From the NCBI GenBank assembly GCA_026712415.1, contig GCA_026712415.1_4696.1: 40,620 nt of DNA, one strand, 5' to 3'. Below are positions 1-10,460 of this stretch, in pieces (positions within the stretch are counted from its first letter, which is position 1; every line of letters begins with the position of its first letter). Source of the stretch: Escherichia coli (GTDB lineage Bacteria > Pseudomonadota > Gammaproteobacteria > Enterobacterales > Enterobacteriaceae). The position numbers were made by a program, and so were the translations under genes. The notes below the pieces were generated by a model. The model was not told where the DNA came from. It saw only the letters and a list, made by a program, of their open reading frames with translations, and did no database searches.

Positions 1-104
1 AGACGTGCACTGATGGTGAGCGCAAAGAGTTCACCTATTATAAGAAAGATGTAGCGGGTCGCATTGAGATTGCACGTAAGGTTGCAGACAATACGACTCA
101 CTAA
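1..104 (+). CDS. 3' fragment of the 185-aa membrane/coiled-coil protein (duplicate of 40478-40581 from contig wrap-around)
   Basis: Positions 1-143 are identical to 40478-40620; same reading frame and TAA stop (102-104) as ORF 40024-40581. Confidence 0.6.
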   Translation, partial: TCTDGERKEFTYYKKDVAGRIEIARKVADNTTH

Positions 105-111
105 TGGGAGA
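89..111 (+). promoter_or_regulatory. T7-type phage RNAP promoter (phi1.1B-like), overlaps stop codon of upstream ORF
   Basis: CAATACGACTCACTAATGGGAGA, 21/23 match to the T7 consensus, +1 G at 106. Confidence 0.8.
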
Positions 112-122
112 CACTGAAAGTT

Positions 123-160
123 AAACTCAAGGTCATCACATTTGGTGGCCTTCATGATTA
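123..160 (+). promoter_or_regulatory. RNase III processing site (T7 R1.1-like hairpin)
   Basis: AAACTCAAGGTCA...TGGCCTTCATGATT motif, same architecture as T7 R sites. Confidence 0.6.
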
Positions 161-193
161 ACTGTCATTAACTACACAGAAGGAAATAACATT

Positions 194-343
194 ATGCGTA
201 CCAACTTTGAACCAACCACTAAGCGCAACAACGTAAGCAATGAACACGGTGCTGAATGGCAGGAACGTAAAGACCGCATGAAGAAACGCCACAAGACACA
301 ACGTGGCAACGCTGAGAAACGTAACTGGAAGGAGGCACTCTAA
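194..343 (+). CDS. gp1.1-like small basic protein (49 aa)
   Basis: ATG 194 after GGAAAT; basic 49-aa product MRTNFEPTTKRNN... at the position of T7 gene 1.1; stop overlaps next start (TAATG). Confidence 0.55.
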   Translation: MRTNFEPTTKRNNVSNEHGAEWQERKDRMKKRHKTQRGNAEKRNWKEAL

Positions 344-615
344 TGGGTCGCTTATACAGTGGTAACTTAATAGCATATAAAGACGCTATCGAACGACTTA
401 AAGAAGACCACGATGCAAATGTGGTCGTTGAGACTTATCGCTATGAGGACTTCGCACAGCGTCGGATGGTAGCCGGAGAGACACTTCGAGTGACCTTGCG
501 GAATGGCTTAATGCTGACCGCTAAGTGTTTCGAACAGTCAGACGAAGACGTTCGCTGTAATGCACAGACTGAATGGCTCCGTAAGGTTCACAGTGACCTG
601 AAGCACTGGAAGTAA
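343..615 (+). CDS. gp1.2 (host dGTPase inhibitor family)
   Basis: N-terminus MGRLYSGNL matches recalled T7 gp1.2; correct position and size (90 aa). Confidence 0.8.
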   Translation: MGRLYSGNLIAYKDAIERLKEDHDANVVVETYRYEDFAQRRMVAGETLRVTLRNGLMLTAKCFEQSDEDVRCNAQTEWLRKVHSDLKHWK

Positions 616-635
616 TACGACTCACTATTGCGAAA
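613..635 (+). promoter_or_regulatory. T7-type promoter (phi1.3-like), variant initiation region GCGAAA
   Basis: TAATACGACTCACTATTGCGAAA; overlaps gp1.2 stop codon. Confidence 0.65.
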
Positions 636-639
636 GAGT

Positions 640-680
640 TAAACTAAAGGTCATCTTAATGGTGGCCTTTGTGATTAACT
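640..680 (+). promoter_or_regulatory. RNase III processing site (R1.3-like)
   Basis: AAACTAAAGGTCATC...GGTGGCCTTTGTGATTAAC hairpin motif. Confidence 0.6.
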
Positions 681-716
681 TTTGTTTACTTAATAACCAA
701 CAATAGGAGTTCCATC

Positions 717-1748
717 ATGGAAATCACATTCAAGACTAACCCTTTTAAAGCTGTATCCTACGTTGAGTCTGCCATTAAGAAAGCACTCGACAAAGCTGGC
801 TACCTGATTGCTGACACTAAGCATGATGGTGTACGTGGTAACATCGTGGTTGACAATACGGCTGACTGCCTGTGGCTATCCCGCGTCTCCAAGACCATAC
901 CCGCGCTTGAGCACCTTAATGGGTTCGACCAACGCTGGGCTAATGTTCTCAAAGATGACCGCTGGATTTTCCCTGATGGCTTCATGCTGGATGGTGAACT
1001 GATGGTCAAAGGCGTAGACTTCAACACAGGGTCTGGACTACTGAGAACCAAGTGGCTCAAGAAGACAAACTGTGGATTTGATATTGGTGGAGTAGAGCCT
1101 CTCAAGGGGAGTAAAGTAGACTTCTGCTTAGACCCTAAGAAACTTAAGGTTGTCCTGTATGCTGCTATGCCGTATCACGATATGGTAGAAGGCAAAGAGT
1201 ACGGCGTTATGTCCCTCCTGATGCAAGAGCATGTGCGTTCCCTCATTCCGGTTCTTAGTGAACACTTCCCGGAAATCACTTGGGAACTATCTGAGGCCAA
1301 AGAAGTCTACGACATGGTAGAACTTCAGGAACTCTACGAGAAAGCCCGTGCCGATGGTCATGAAGGTCTGGTCGTCAAAGACCCGCTGGAAGTCTACAAG
1401 CGTGGCAAGAAGTCTGGCTGGTGGAAGATGAAGCCTGAGAATGAAGCTGATGGTGTCATCGTTGGACTCAATTGGGGTACTCCGGGTCTGGCTAATGAAG
1501 GTAAAGTGATTGGCTTCGAGGTTCTCTTGGAGTCCGGTCGTGTAGTCTCTGCCAACAACATTAGCCAAGCGTTGATGGATGAGTTCACTGCTGCCGTCAA
1601 ACATGCTGAGTCTGTGGGTATGGGTATGCCGTACACTGGCTTCGCCTGTCAGGTTGCCTACATGGAGGAAACTCCAGACGGCTCTCTGCGTCACCCATCG
1701 TTCGTTATGTTCCGTGGAACTGAGGATAACCCAAAGGAGAAAATGTAA
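717..1748 (+). CDS. ATP-dependent DNA ligase (gene 1.3)
   Basis: 343 aa; KTNPFKAVSYVESAIKKAL, adenylation lysine motif KHDGVRG, and C-terminal DGSLRHPSFVMFRGTEDNPKEKM match recalled T7 ligase. Confidence 0.95.
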   Translation: MEITFKTNPFKAVSYVESAIKKALDKAGYLIADTKHDGVRGNIVVDNTADCLWLSRVSKTIPALEHLNGFDQRWANVLKDDRWIFPDGFMLDGELMVKGVDFNTGSGLLRTKWLKKTNCGFDIGGVEPLKGSKVDFCLDPKKLKVVLYAAMPYHDMVEGKEYGVMSLLMQEHVRSLIPVLSEHFPEITWELSEAKEVYDMVELQELYEKARADGHEGLVVKDPLEVYKRGKKSGWWKMKPENEADGVIVGLNWGTPGLANEGKVIGFEVLLESGRVVSANNISQALMDEFTAAVKHAESVGMGMPYTGFACQVAYMEETPDGSLRHPSFVMFRGTEDNPKEKM

Positions 1749-1930
1749 TGCTTATCTTTGACGAGAACGGTTGGAGAGTGTATCAACACCCACACCTGAT
1801 GATATTCCACATATCAAAGTGGATGGAAGGAGATGACCGGAGAAGCTACGGGAGAACTTGGGACTACTTTACTGTCCATGAGTGCCATAGTATTAAGGAA
1901 GTCAAAGAGTACCTACGAAACAATATGTAA
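1748..1930 (+). CDS. hypothetical protein (gene 1.4 position)
   Basis: 60-aa ORF with start overlapping ligase stop (ATGTAATG); followed by a hairpin plus T-run. Confidence 0.4.
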   Translation: MLIFDENGWRVYQHPHLMIFHISKWMEGDDRRSYGRTWDYFTVHECHSIKEVKEYLRNNM

Positions 1931-1938
1931 AGACAAAT

Positions 1939-1967
1939 GGTCAGTCCTTAACGGGGCTGGCCTTTTT
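1939..1967 (+). terminator. candidate hairpin/T-run terminator (TE-like)
   Basis: GGTCAG...CTGGCC stem (one G-U pair) followed by TTTTT, immediately downstream of the 1.4 ORF. Confidence 0.3.
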
Positions 1968-1973
1968 GCGTTT

Positions 1974-1996
1974 CTATACGACTCACTATGGAGGAA
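1974..1996 (+). promoter_or_regulatory. weak T7-type promoter variant (phi1.5-like)
   Basis: CTATACGACTCACTATGGAGGAA; core CGACTCACTAT conserved, flanks divergent. Confidence 0.5.
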
Positions 1997-2003
1997 CTAC
2001 CTC

Positions 2004-2084
2004 ATGCTATTTCTAATTGCTGCTGCTATCTTTGCCACGTTTGCCTTCGTTATCATTGACGACAACTGCTGGCCGGATTGCTAA
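2004..2084 (+). CDS. small hydrophobic peptide (26 aa, gene 1.5 position)
   Basis: GGAGG RBS 8 nt upstream of ATG 2004; product MLFLIAAAIFATFAFVIIDDNCWPDC. The longer 1833-2084 ORF spans a hairpin and a promoter and is probably not real. Confidence 0.4.
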   Translation: MLFLIAAAIFATFAFVIIDDNCWPDC

Positions 2085-2105
2085 TACGACTCACCTATGG
2101 AGGAC
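2083..2105 (+). promoter_or_regulatory. T7-type promoter variant (phi1.6-like)
   Basis: TAATACGACTCACCTATGGAGGA; upstream half perfect, initiation region divergent. Confidence 0.55.
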
Positions 2106-2111
2106 ACAACT

Positions 2112-2375
2112 ATGTTAAGACTTCACTTCAACAAATCTAATGGCATCTTCTCTGCGCGTGGCGCTGACCGCTCTACTGTTCTGGCCTCTGAGAAACACGC
2201 AGTCATCCCTAAAGTGCTTGGCTCGACCATTGAGTTAGCACCTCGTGTTCACGCTGTAATCACCACTGGCTTATATAAAGAAGCGACCACTGGCTCCCGG
2301 CCTTTCATTCCGGTTCTCGTCACCCGTTTTCCTAAAGTCCGTCTGGTAATTGCACGTATCAAGGAGGTGTTCTAA
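2112..2375 (+). CDS. gp1.6-like hypothetical protein
   Basis: ATG 2112 with GGAGGA RBS; alternative in-frame ATG at 2097 lies inside the promoter/RBS; 87 aa. Confidence 0.6.
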   Translation: MLRLHFNKSNGIFSARGADRSTVLASEKHAVIPKVLGSTIELAPRVHAVITTGLYKEATTGSRPFIPVLVTRFPKVRLVIARIKEVF

Positions 2376-2686
2376 TGGTCTGCATGGCATGTTTAGAGAA
2401 TGATGACCGCTACCCTCACACCTGTGAACCTGTAGCTAAACCACAAGATATAGAGGGTGTTCGCAAGCCGAGCCACTATATGTTGTTTGATGACATTGAG
2501 GCTATCGAGGTGATTGCCCGTTCGATGACCCGTGAACAGTTCAAAGGGTACTGCTTAGGGAATATCCTTAAGTACCGCCTCCGTGCTGGTAAGAAATCCG
2601 AACTGGCATTCTTAGAGAAGGACATGGCGAAAGCTGGGTTCTACGGTGAACTGTACGAGAAACATAAAGGTAAATGCCATGCTTAA
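2375..2686 (+). CDS. gp1.7-like protein, short form (C-terminal DUF3310-type domain only)
   Basis: 103 aa; CLENDDRYPHTC and KPSHYMLFDDIEAIEVIARSMT...GNILKYRLRAGKKSELAFLEKD match recalled N- and C-terminal segments of T7 gp1.7; the middle ~90 aa are absent. Confidence 0.7.
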   Translation: MVCMACLENDDRYPHTCEPVAKPQDIEGVRKPSHYMLFDDIEAIEVIARSMTREQFKGYCLGNILKYRLRAGKKSELAFLEKDMAKAGFYGELYEKHKGKCHA

Positions 2687-2777
2687 ACCTAGCGAATGGT
2701 GTGAGCGTATGTTTGAAAAGACAGGCAACACCGACTACCTTGAATTATATAATCACTGGAAGGAGAGAGGACAATGA
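2679..2777 (+). CDS. gp1.8-like small protein (32 aa)
   Basis: Short ORF translationally coupled to gp1.7 and gp2 (stop overlaps gp2 start). Confidence 0.35.
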   Translation: MLKPSEWCERMFEKTGNTDYLELYNHWKERGQ

Positions 2778-2965
2778 GCACTCTGAATAAAGGGTCACTG
2801 GTAAACGGTGACAAGAAGTTCTTCGCTACGGTAGAAGGCCAAGGCCAATCGTTCGAAGTACCTGTGTTCGCTACGTCTCTTGAAGAGGCCAATGAGTTAG
2901 CTGAGTGGCAATACGTCCCTGCTGGCTTCGCTGTAACACGCATCCGTCCAGACCGTAAGGTTTAA
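2774..2965 (+). CDS. gp2, inhibitor of host RNA polymerase
   Basis: 63 aa; ...[33 protein letters not shown] matches recalled T7 Gp2. Confidence 0.9.
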   Translation: MSTLNKGSLVNGDKKFFATVEGQGQSFEVPVFATSLEEANELAEWQYVPAGFAVTRIRPDRKV

Positions 2966-2985
2966 TAGGACTCACTAATGGGAGA
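2963..2985 (+). promoter_or_regulatory. T7-type promoter (phi2.5-like)
   Basis: TAATAGGACTCACTAATGGGAGA. Confidence 0.75.
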
Positions 2986-3032
2986 CACAGCGTTTCCCAC
3001 TTTTAACTTTCAGAAACTAAAGGAGAATCATT

Positions 3033-3731
3033 ATGGCATTCGCAAAACGTAAAGTATTCACTTCCGCTCGTGGTGTTGCTGAACCTTACTGCTATCTGGC
3101 AAAGCCGGACTTCGGTAGTGGTGACTTCAAGAACGAACGTGGTGTCTACAAAGTATCACTGACTGTATCCAACGACGACCCTCGCTGTCAGAAGATGATT
3201 GACGAGATTGTCGAAGCCCATGAGACGGACTACGCTGCTCGACTCGAAGAGTACGAAGCGAACCCGCCGAAGGTTGTCAAGGGTAAGAAACCGCTGAAGC
3301 CATATGTTGGCGACATGCCTTTCATGGATAACGAAGATGGAACCACTACGTTCAACTTCAAGTGCTACGGCTCGTTCACTGACAAGAAGACTGGTGAGAA
3401 CAAACCAATCGACTTGGCTATCGTGGACTCCAAAGGTAAGCGCATTCGTGGTGAGCGTCCAGCTATCTCTGGTGGCTCTGAACTGAAGATTAAATACACT
3501 CTGTTCCCTTATGGCTGGTCTGCTGTGGCAGGTGCTTCCGTTAAGCTGCAACTGGATTCCGTGATGCTGATTAAGCTGGTTGAGTTCGGTGGTGGTGATG
3601 ACGATTGGGGTGATGAAATCGAAGAAGACGGCTACGAAGCTGATGAAGCACAGACCCGCAAGCCTCAAAACGACTCTGGCTGGAATGAAGAACCAGAAGA
3701 GGACGATGAAGACGAAGACGGTGACTTCTAA
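3033..3731 (+). CDS. single-stranded DNA-binding protein (gene 2.5)
   Basis: 232 aa (same as T7 gp2.5); acidic C-terminal tail ending ...DEDEDGDF. Confidence 0.95.
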   Translation: MAFAKRKVFTSARGVAEPYCYLAKPDFGSGDFKNERGVYKVSLTVSNDDPRCQKMIDEIVEAHETDYAARLEEYEANPPKVVKGKKPLKPYVGDMPFMDNEDGTTTFNFKCYGSFTDKKTGENKPIDLAIVDSKGKRIRGERPAISGGSELKIKYTLFPYGWSAVAGASVKLQLDSVMLIKLVEFGGGDDDWGDEIEEDGYEADEAQTRKPQNDSGWNEEPEEDDEDEDGDF

Positions 3732-4177
3732 TGGCTAAGGGTTATGCAGGTCGAGGCACTCGTGTGGGTGCCTTTCGCTCTGGCTTGGAGGATAAGGTAA
3801 GTAAGCAACTCGAAGGGAAGAACATTAAGTTCGACTACGAGCGCTGGCGTGTACCATATGTTGTTCCTGCAAGCAACCATACCTATTGCCCGGACTTCCT
3901 GTTACCTAATGGCATCTTTGTGGAAACCAAAGGTCTGTGGGATAGTGACGACCGCAAGAAACACTTACTGATTCGTGAACAGTATCCTGAACTTGATGTG
4001 CGCATCGTGTTCTCTTCAAGCCGCTCCAAGCTGTACAAAGGGTCTCCGACCAGCTACGGTGAGTGGTGCGAGAAGCATGGCATTCTGTTTGCTGATAAAT
4101 TAATTCCAGTTGATTGGCTGAAAGAGCCTTCTAAGGATGTTCCATTCGATAAATTTAAAGAGGTGAAGAAGAAATGA
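3731..4177 (+). CDS. endonuclease I, Holliday-junction resolvase (gene 3)
   Basis: 148 aa at gene 3 position; start overlaps gp2.5 stop. Confidence 0.9.
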   Translation: MAKGYAGRGTRVGAFRSGLEDKVSKQLEGKNIKFDYERWRVPYVVPASNHTYCPDFLLPNGIFVETKGLWDSDDRKKHLLIREQYPELDVRIVFSSSRSKLYKGSPTSYGEWCEKHGILFADKLIPVDWLKEPSKDVPFDKFKEVKKK

Positions 4178-4629
4178 GTAAGGTACAATTCAAACCACGC
4201 GCTGTGACAGAAGCAATCTTTGTCCACTGTAGCGCAACCAAGGCGTCCATGAATGTTGGACTGCGTGAAATCCGTCAGTGGCATAAAGAACAGGGCTGGC
4301 TTGATGTAGGCTACCACTTCATTATTCGCCGTGATGGTACAATCGAAGAAGGCCGTCCGGTCGATGTCGTTGGGTCTCACGTTAAGGACTGGAACAGTAA
4401 GTCTGTCGGTGTGTGCCTCGTTGGTGGTATCGACGATAAGGGCAAACACGAAGCTAACTTTACGCCAGCACAGATGCACTCTCTTAAAGAGAAACTAGCA
4501 GACCTGCTGGACATGTATCCAGATGCTGAAGTGAAAGCTCACCATGACGTTGCGCCTAAAGCGTGTCCGTCTTTCAACTTGAGTCGCTGGCTTAAGACTG
4601 GCGAATTAGTAACTAGTGATTGGGGTTAA
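4174..4629 (+). CDS. lysozyme / N-acetylmuramoyl-L-alanine amidase (gene 3.5)
   Basis: 151 aa; AIFVHCSATK...REIRQWHKEQGWLDVGYHFII...HHDVAPKACPSF matches recalled T7 lysozyme. Confidence 0.95.
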   Translation: MSKVQFKPRAVTEAIFVHCSATKASMNVGLREIRQWHKEQGWLDVGYHFIIRRDGTIEEGRPVDVVGSHVKDWNSKSVGVCLVGGIDDKGKHEANFTPAQMHSLKEKLADLLDMYPDAEVKAHHDVAPKACPSFNLSRWLKTGELVTSDWG

Positions 4630-4633
4630 TACT

Positions 4634-4726
4634 ATGATGATTATTCACGAGATGGGCCTGTATGATTTGATTTATCGCCTCGCATTCATGCTGGCAATGG
4701 TCTACATTCTGACCCGCAAGGATTAA
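4634..4726 (+). CDS. small hydrophobic ORF (30 aa)
   Basis: MMIIHEMGLYDLIYRLAFMLAMVYILTRKD; weak evidence, position of gene 3.8. Confidence 0.3.
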   Translation: MMIIHEMGLYDLIYRLAFMLAMVYILTRKD

Positions 4727-4745
4727 TAGAACTCACTATGGGAGG
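4724..4745 (+). promoter_or_regulatory. T7-type promoter variant (phi3.8/4-like)
   Basis: TAATAGAACTCACTATGGGAGG (one base shorter than the consensus spacing). Confidence 0.6.
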
Positions 4746-4796
4746 ACCGAAAGGTTTCTCCCTTTGTTCGCTAAAATTGTATAAGGAGTAACCACT

Positions 4797-6748
<1,952 letters not shown>

Positions 6749-6750
6749 AT

Positions 6751-6773
6751 CAATACAACTCACTAATGGGACA
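6751..6773 (+). promoter_or_regulatory. T7-type promoter (phi4.3-like)
   Basis: CAATACAACTCACTAATGGGACA. Confidence 0.7.
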
Positions 6774-6816
6774 GACACTCTGTTCCCACTTATCAATCCA
6801 CTTAAGGAGAATCACA

Positions 6817-7029
6817 ATGTTTAAATTCATCAACACTCTTGGTAAGCTGGTAGTTAAAATGTACTTCCGTGAAGCTAAACGTCTGAACGACAAGGCACGT
6901 AAGGATGCAGAACAGGCTCAACGCTTGGCTAAACAGGCGCGTCTGCTGTCTGAAGATGCAAGCGCTGGCGTTACGTCTGCTGCTAATATTGCAGCGAAAG
7001 CAACCGACCTGAACAAGTTCTTCCTGTAA
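6817..7029 (+). CDS. gp4.3-like protein
   Basis: AAGGAGA RBS; MFKFINTLGKLVVKMYFREAKRLNDKARKDAEQ... matches recalled T7 gp4.3 (70 aa). Confidence 0.8.
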   Translation: MFKFINTLGKLVVKMYFREAKRLNDKARKDAEQAQRLAKQARLLSEDASAGVTSAANIAAKATDLNKFFL

Positions 7030-7208
7030 TGGTTACGATAACCCTTGTGCTCACTCTGATAACTGTGAGCGGACAAACAATAAGTCAAGTCCCTATCACG
7101 GCACCAAAGGCTGAGGCATACGAGATATGCGAACAGCAAGGGCGCTCATGGTCTAAGGACTTGATGAAGAACGGCAGGGTTTTCACTGCCAACTACAACT
7201 GTATCTAA
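7029..7208 (+). CDS. hypothetical small protein with N-terminal signal-peptide-like segment (59 aa)
   Basis: Start overlaps gp4.3 stop (TAATG); MVTITLVLTLITVSG hydrophobic N-terminus, two Cys in the ~40-aa remainder. Confidence 0.4.
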   Translation: MVTITLVLTLITVSGQTISQVPITAPKAEAYEICEQQGRSWSKDLMKNGRVFTANYNCI

Positions 7209-7223
7209 TAGGAGTAATATAAC

Positions 7224-7526
7224 ATGGCTATTAAATTCCCCGGTAACACTATCCGTCTGTCTGACACCATCGACCAGTATGCTCGTCGAGTGCACATCAA
7301 CGTTCGCAATGGCAAGGTAACTCTGGTCTACCGTTGGAAAGACCACAAGTCCACCAAGGCTCACACACAGCGTGTGACTCTGGATGACACACAGGCAGGT
7401 CGTCTGCTGGCTTCCGTTGCTGTAGCTGCTTCCGTTGCTGTAGGTGAAGACAATGTTCGTCAGGCTCTGCTGGGTAAGACCGTGGAGTCTGAGGGAAACA
7501 TGCTTGCTGACAAGTGTGAAGAGTAA
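7224..7526 (+). CDS. hypothetical protein (gene 4.5 position)
   Basis: AGGAG RBS; 100-aa ORF. Confidence 0.6.
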   Translation: MAIKFPGNTIRLSDTIDQYARRVHINVRNGKVTLVYRWKDHKSTKAHTQRVTLDDTQAGRLLASVAVAASVAVGEDNVRQALLGKTVESEGNMLADKCEE

Positions 7527-7529
7527 GAG

Positions 7530-7570
7530 TTAAACTAAAGGTCATCTCCGGGTGGCCTTCGTGATTAACT
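7530..7570 (+). promoter_or_regulatory. RNase III processing site (R4.7-like)
   Basis: AAACTAAAGGTCATC...GGTGGCCTTCGTGATTAAC. Confidence 0.6.
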
Positions 7571-7582
7571 TTTGTATGAAAT

Positions 7583-7605
7583 CTATTCAACTCACTAATG
7601 GGAGA
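7583..7605 (+). promoter_or_regulatory. T7-type promoter (phi4.7-like)
   Basis: CTATTCAACTCACTAATGGGAGA; divergent upstream half. Confidence 0.6.
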
Positions 7606-7613
7606 ACAACACT

Positions 7614-8015
7614 ATGCGTAATCGTAATGTAATCGAAGCTGAAATCGCTAAACTGGAAGCTGAACTGGCAGACATCAAGGAATACGAATGTGCTCGTGAC
7701 TCCGCTGTCCACATCCTGAAGAACTTAGGGTGGACTCGTGTTCGCGGTAAGTGGGTGCAACCAGTGAATCGTCCTGACCTGAAGGTATTCGATAAGGACA
7801 CCATGACCCACATTAAGGCTGGTGACTTCTGCACATCAACTGAGACATCCTCTCTATGGTTCGTGCGCACTGTCGCTGGCAACATCTGCTGGTGCTCACG
7901 AGTGTCCCGCATTGCTCCTAATGGAACCTTAGTGACCAGCAACAACGTTGGAATCAAAGCTGAGAACCTGAAGGTAATCAACGTGAAAGACTATATGGGA
8001 TACACCCATCGTTAA
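7614..8015 (+). CDS. hypothetical protein (gene 4.7 position)
   Basis: 133-aa ORF immediately upstream of the DNA polymerase gene. Confidence 0.6.
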   Translation: MRNRNVIEAEIAKLEAELADIKEYECARDSAVHILKNLGWTRVRGKWVQPVNRPDLKVFDKDTMTHIKAGDFCTSTETSSLWFVRTVAGNICWCSRVSRIAPNGTLVTSNNVGIKAENLKVINVKDYMGYTHR

Positions 8016-8034
8016 ACTTTAAGGAGTAAACACA

Positions 8035-10149
8035 ATGTTACTATCCGACATCGAAACAAACGGGTTGCTGCACAACGTTAGTCAATTTCACTGTGCGGTG
8101 ACTTACGACTACACAACCGACCAGTACATCCGTTATCGGCCTGATGACTTTGGGGCATACATTGATGCACTCGAAGCTGAGGTTGCTCGCGGTGGTCTCA
8201 TTGTGTTTCACAACGGGCATAAGTATGACGTTCCGGTTATCGAGAAGCTGGCAAAGCTGATTCTTAATCGTGACGTTAAGTTCCCGAAAGAGAACGTCTT
8301 GGACACCTTAGTGATGTCCCGACTGATTTACTCTAACATCAAAGACACCGATGCTGGTCTGCTCCGTGCTGGCAAGCTACCGGGACAACGCTTTGGGTCT
8401 CACGCTCTGGAAGCATGGGGCTACCGCTTGGGTGAAATGAAGGGTGAGTACAAGGACGACTTTAAGAAGTCACTGGAAGAGTCTGGTGAAGAATACGTTG
8501 ATGGGATGGAGTGGCTGTTCTTCAATGAAGACATGATGGAATATAACGTTCAAGACGTTGTAGTCACCAAGGCACTCTTTGAGAAACTGTGTAGTAACAC
8601 TTTCTATTTCCCTAACGAGACACCCGCTGGAAGCACAGAAGCAGACCGTTTCTGGAATGGTAGCATTGAGGCTGTCAAACTGGAACATGATGCTGCATGG
8701 TTGTTAGCTAAGATGGAACGTAATGGTTTCCCGATTGACATTAAGTCTCTTGAGAACCTGTACGCAGAACTCGCTGGTAGACGTGGTGAGCTACTCGTAG
8801 AGTTAACCAATACGTTTGGCTCATGGTACTCCGCTAAGGGCGGTACTGAAGCATTCAGGCATCCTCGTACCGGAAAGCCGCTCACCAAGTATCCTCGTGT
8901 GAAGTATCCGAAACAGGGTGGCATCTTTAAGAAGCCGAAGAACAAGAAGCAACGTGAAGGTCTGGAACCTTGTGAACTGGACACTCGTGATTATGTAGAG
9001 GGCGCTCCGTATACTCCTGTAGAGCACGTTGTATTTAACCCTGCAAGTCGTGAACACATCACCCGTGTGCTTACCAAGGCTGGTTGGGTTCCCGTTGAGT
9101 TCACCCCAAGTGGTGCACCAAAGGTAGATGATGAGGTCTTAGAGCACGTTAAGGTAGACGACCCGGATGCACAGCGTTGCATTGAGTTGATTAAAGAATA
9201 CCTTATGATTCAGAAGCGTATCGGTCAGGTTGCTGAAGGTGATAACGGCTGGCTCCGAATGATTGGAGAAGATGGTCGTATTCACGGAAGCGTTAACCCT
9301 AACGGTGCGGTAACTGGACGTGCAACCCATAGCTTCCCTAACGTGGCACAGGTGCCTTCAATCCGTGCTGCATATGGTGAACCTTGCCGTGCTGCTTTCG
9401 GTGCCGAGCATAACCTGAAAGACGGTAAGCCAGACCCTTGGATTCAAGTGGGTGTGGATGCGTCCGGCCTTGAGCTACGTTGCTTAGGTCACTTCATGTA
9501 TCGTTATGATGAGGGTGAGTACGTTGAGACTATCCTCACTGGTGACATCCATACGAAGAACCAATTGGCTGCGGGTCTACCAACTCGTGACAACGCTAAG
9601 ACGTTTATCTATGGGTTCCTCTATGGTGCTGGTGCTGCGAAGATTGGACAGATTGTTGGTGGTACTGCCGAAGATGGTAAGCGACTCATCAAGAACTTCC
9701 TTGACCAAACTCCTGCTATCGCTGCGTTACGTGAAGCAATCACAGGGACACTCGTCAAGGACTCCAAGTGGGTTGGCGGTGAACAGAAAGTAACTTGGAA
9801 GCGCCGTTGGGTTCGTGGCTTGGATGGTCGTAAAGTCCACGTCCGTAGTCCTCATGCTGCGTTGAACACCTTGTTGCAGTCCGCTGGTGCTCTTATTTGT
9901 AAACTGTGGATTGTTGAGACTGAACGTCTGTTACTGGAAGCTGGCCTTAAGCATGGCTGGGATGGTGACTTTGCGTACATGGCTTGGGTCCACGATGAGA
10001 TTCAGGTAGCTGCCCGTACTCAAGAGATTGCCGATAAGATTGTCGAGTTGGCACAGCAAGCAATGCGTAATGTGGGAGACCACTTTAACTTTAGATGTCA
10101 GTTAGATACCGAAGGTAAGACTGGCGCAAACTGGAAAGATTGTCACTAA
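8035..10149 (+). CDS. DNA polymerase (gene 5)
   Basis: 704 aa (same as T7 gp5); 3'-5' exonuclease DIETNGL and polymerase motifs (YGFLYGAG, HDE). Confidence 0.97.
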   Translation: MLLSDIETNGLLHNVSQFHCAVTYDYTTDQYIRYRPDDFGAYIDALEAEVARGGLIVFHNGHKYDVPVIEKLAKLILNRDVKFPKENVLDTLVMSRLIYSNIKDTDAGLLRAGKLPGQRFGSHALEAWGYRLGEMKGEYKDDFKKSLEESGEEYVDGMEWLFFNEDMMEYNVQDVVVTKALFEKLCSNTFYFPNETPAGSTEADRFWNGSIEAVKLEHDAAWLLAKMERNGFPIDIKSLENLYAELAGRRGELLVELTNTFGSWYSAKGGTEAFRHPRTGKPLTKYPRVKYPKQGGIFKKPKNKKQREGLEPCELDTRDYVEGAPYTPVEHVVFNPASREHITRVLTKAGWVPVEFTPSGAPKVDDEVLEHVKVDDPDAQRCIELIKEYLMIQKRIGQVAEGDNGWLRMIGEDGRIHGSVNPNGAVTGRATHSFPNVAQVPSIRAAYGEPCRAAFGAEHNLKDGKPDPWIQVGVDASGLELRCLGHFMYRYDEGEYVETILTGDIHTKNQLAAGLPTRDNAKTFIYGFLYGAGAAKIGQIVGGTAEDGKRLIKNFLDQTPAIAALREAITGTLVKDSKWVGGEQKVTWKRRWVRGLDGRKVHVRSPHAALNTLLQSAGALICKLWIVETERLLLEAGLKHGWDGDFAYMAWVHDEIQVAARTQEIADKIVELAQQAMRNVGDHFNFRCQLDTEGKTGANWKDCH

Positions 10150-10166
10150 TACAGGAGAAACATATC

Positions 10167-10460
10167 ATGGCTATTACTAAACGTTTTAAAGTATCATTCG
10201 AAATGACCGTTAAGGTTGACTCTGAGACCGAAGTTATGATTCAGGAACGCATCTTGGATTTGGCTCGTAGCGTTCGTGATGGTGAGGAAGTTAGCGCACA
10301 GGACAAAGAGTTGCTCGTTCAGGCTCTGACTTATGGTGCCGATGGTGTTGTTGCCTTTGCTGTTAAGCAGGGCATTCGTAATGAAATCCGTGAGATGGGC
10401 ATTGAGCACCACGGTGAGGGCATTAAGTTTGCACCTGCAACTATCCGTGAGGTGAAGTAA
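10167..10460 (+). CDS. gp5.5-like protein (H-NS-binding family)
   Basis: AGGAGA RBS then ATG 10167; MAITKRFKVSFEMTVK... ending ATIREVK matches recalled T7 gp5.5. Confidence 0.8.
   Translation: MAITKRFKVSFEMTVKVDSETEVMIQERILDLARSVRDGEEVSAQDKELLVQALTYGADGVVAFAVKQGIRNEIREMGIEHHGEGIKFAPATIREVK

Noticed and set aside
1-143. Window-end 143-bp repeat as the phage direct terminal repeat.
   Set aside because: It lies inside a coding region and promoter in the middle of the early/DNA-metabolism module; it is contig wrap-around.
1833-2084. 83-aa ORF spanning 1833-2084.
   Set aside because: It reads through a hairpin/T-run (1939-1967) and a promoter (1974-1996). Only the final 26 codons (2004-2084), which have an RBS, are plausible.
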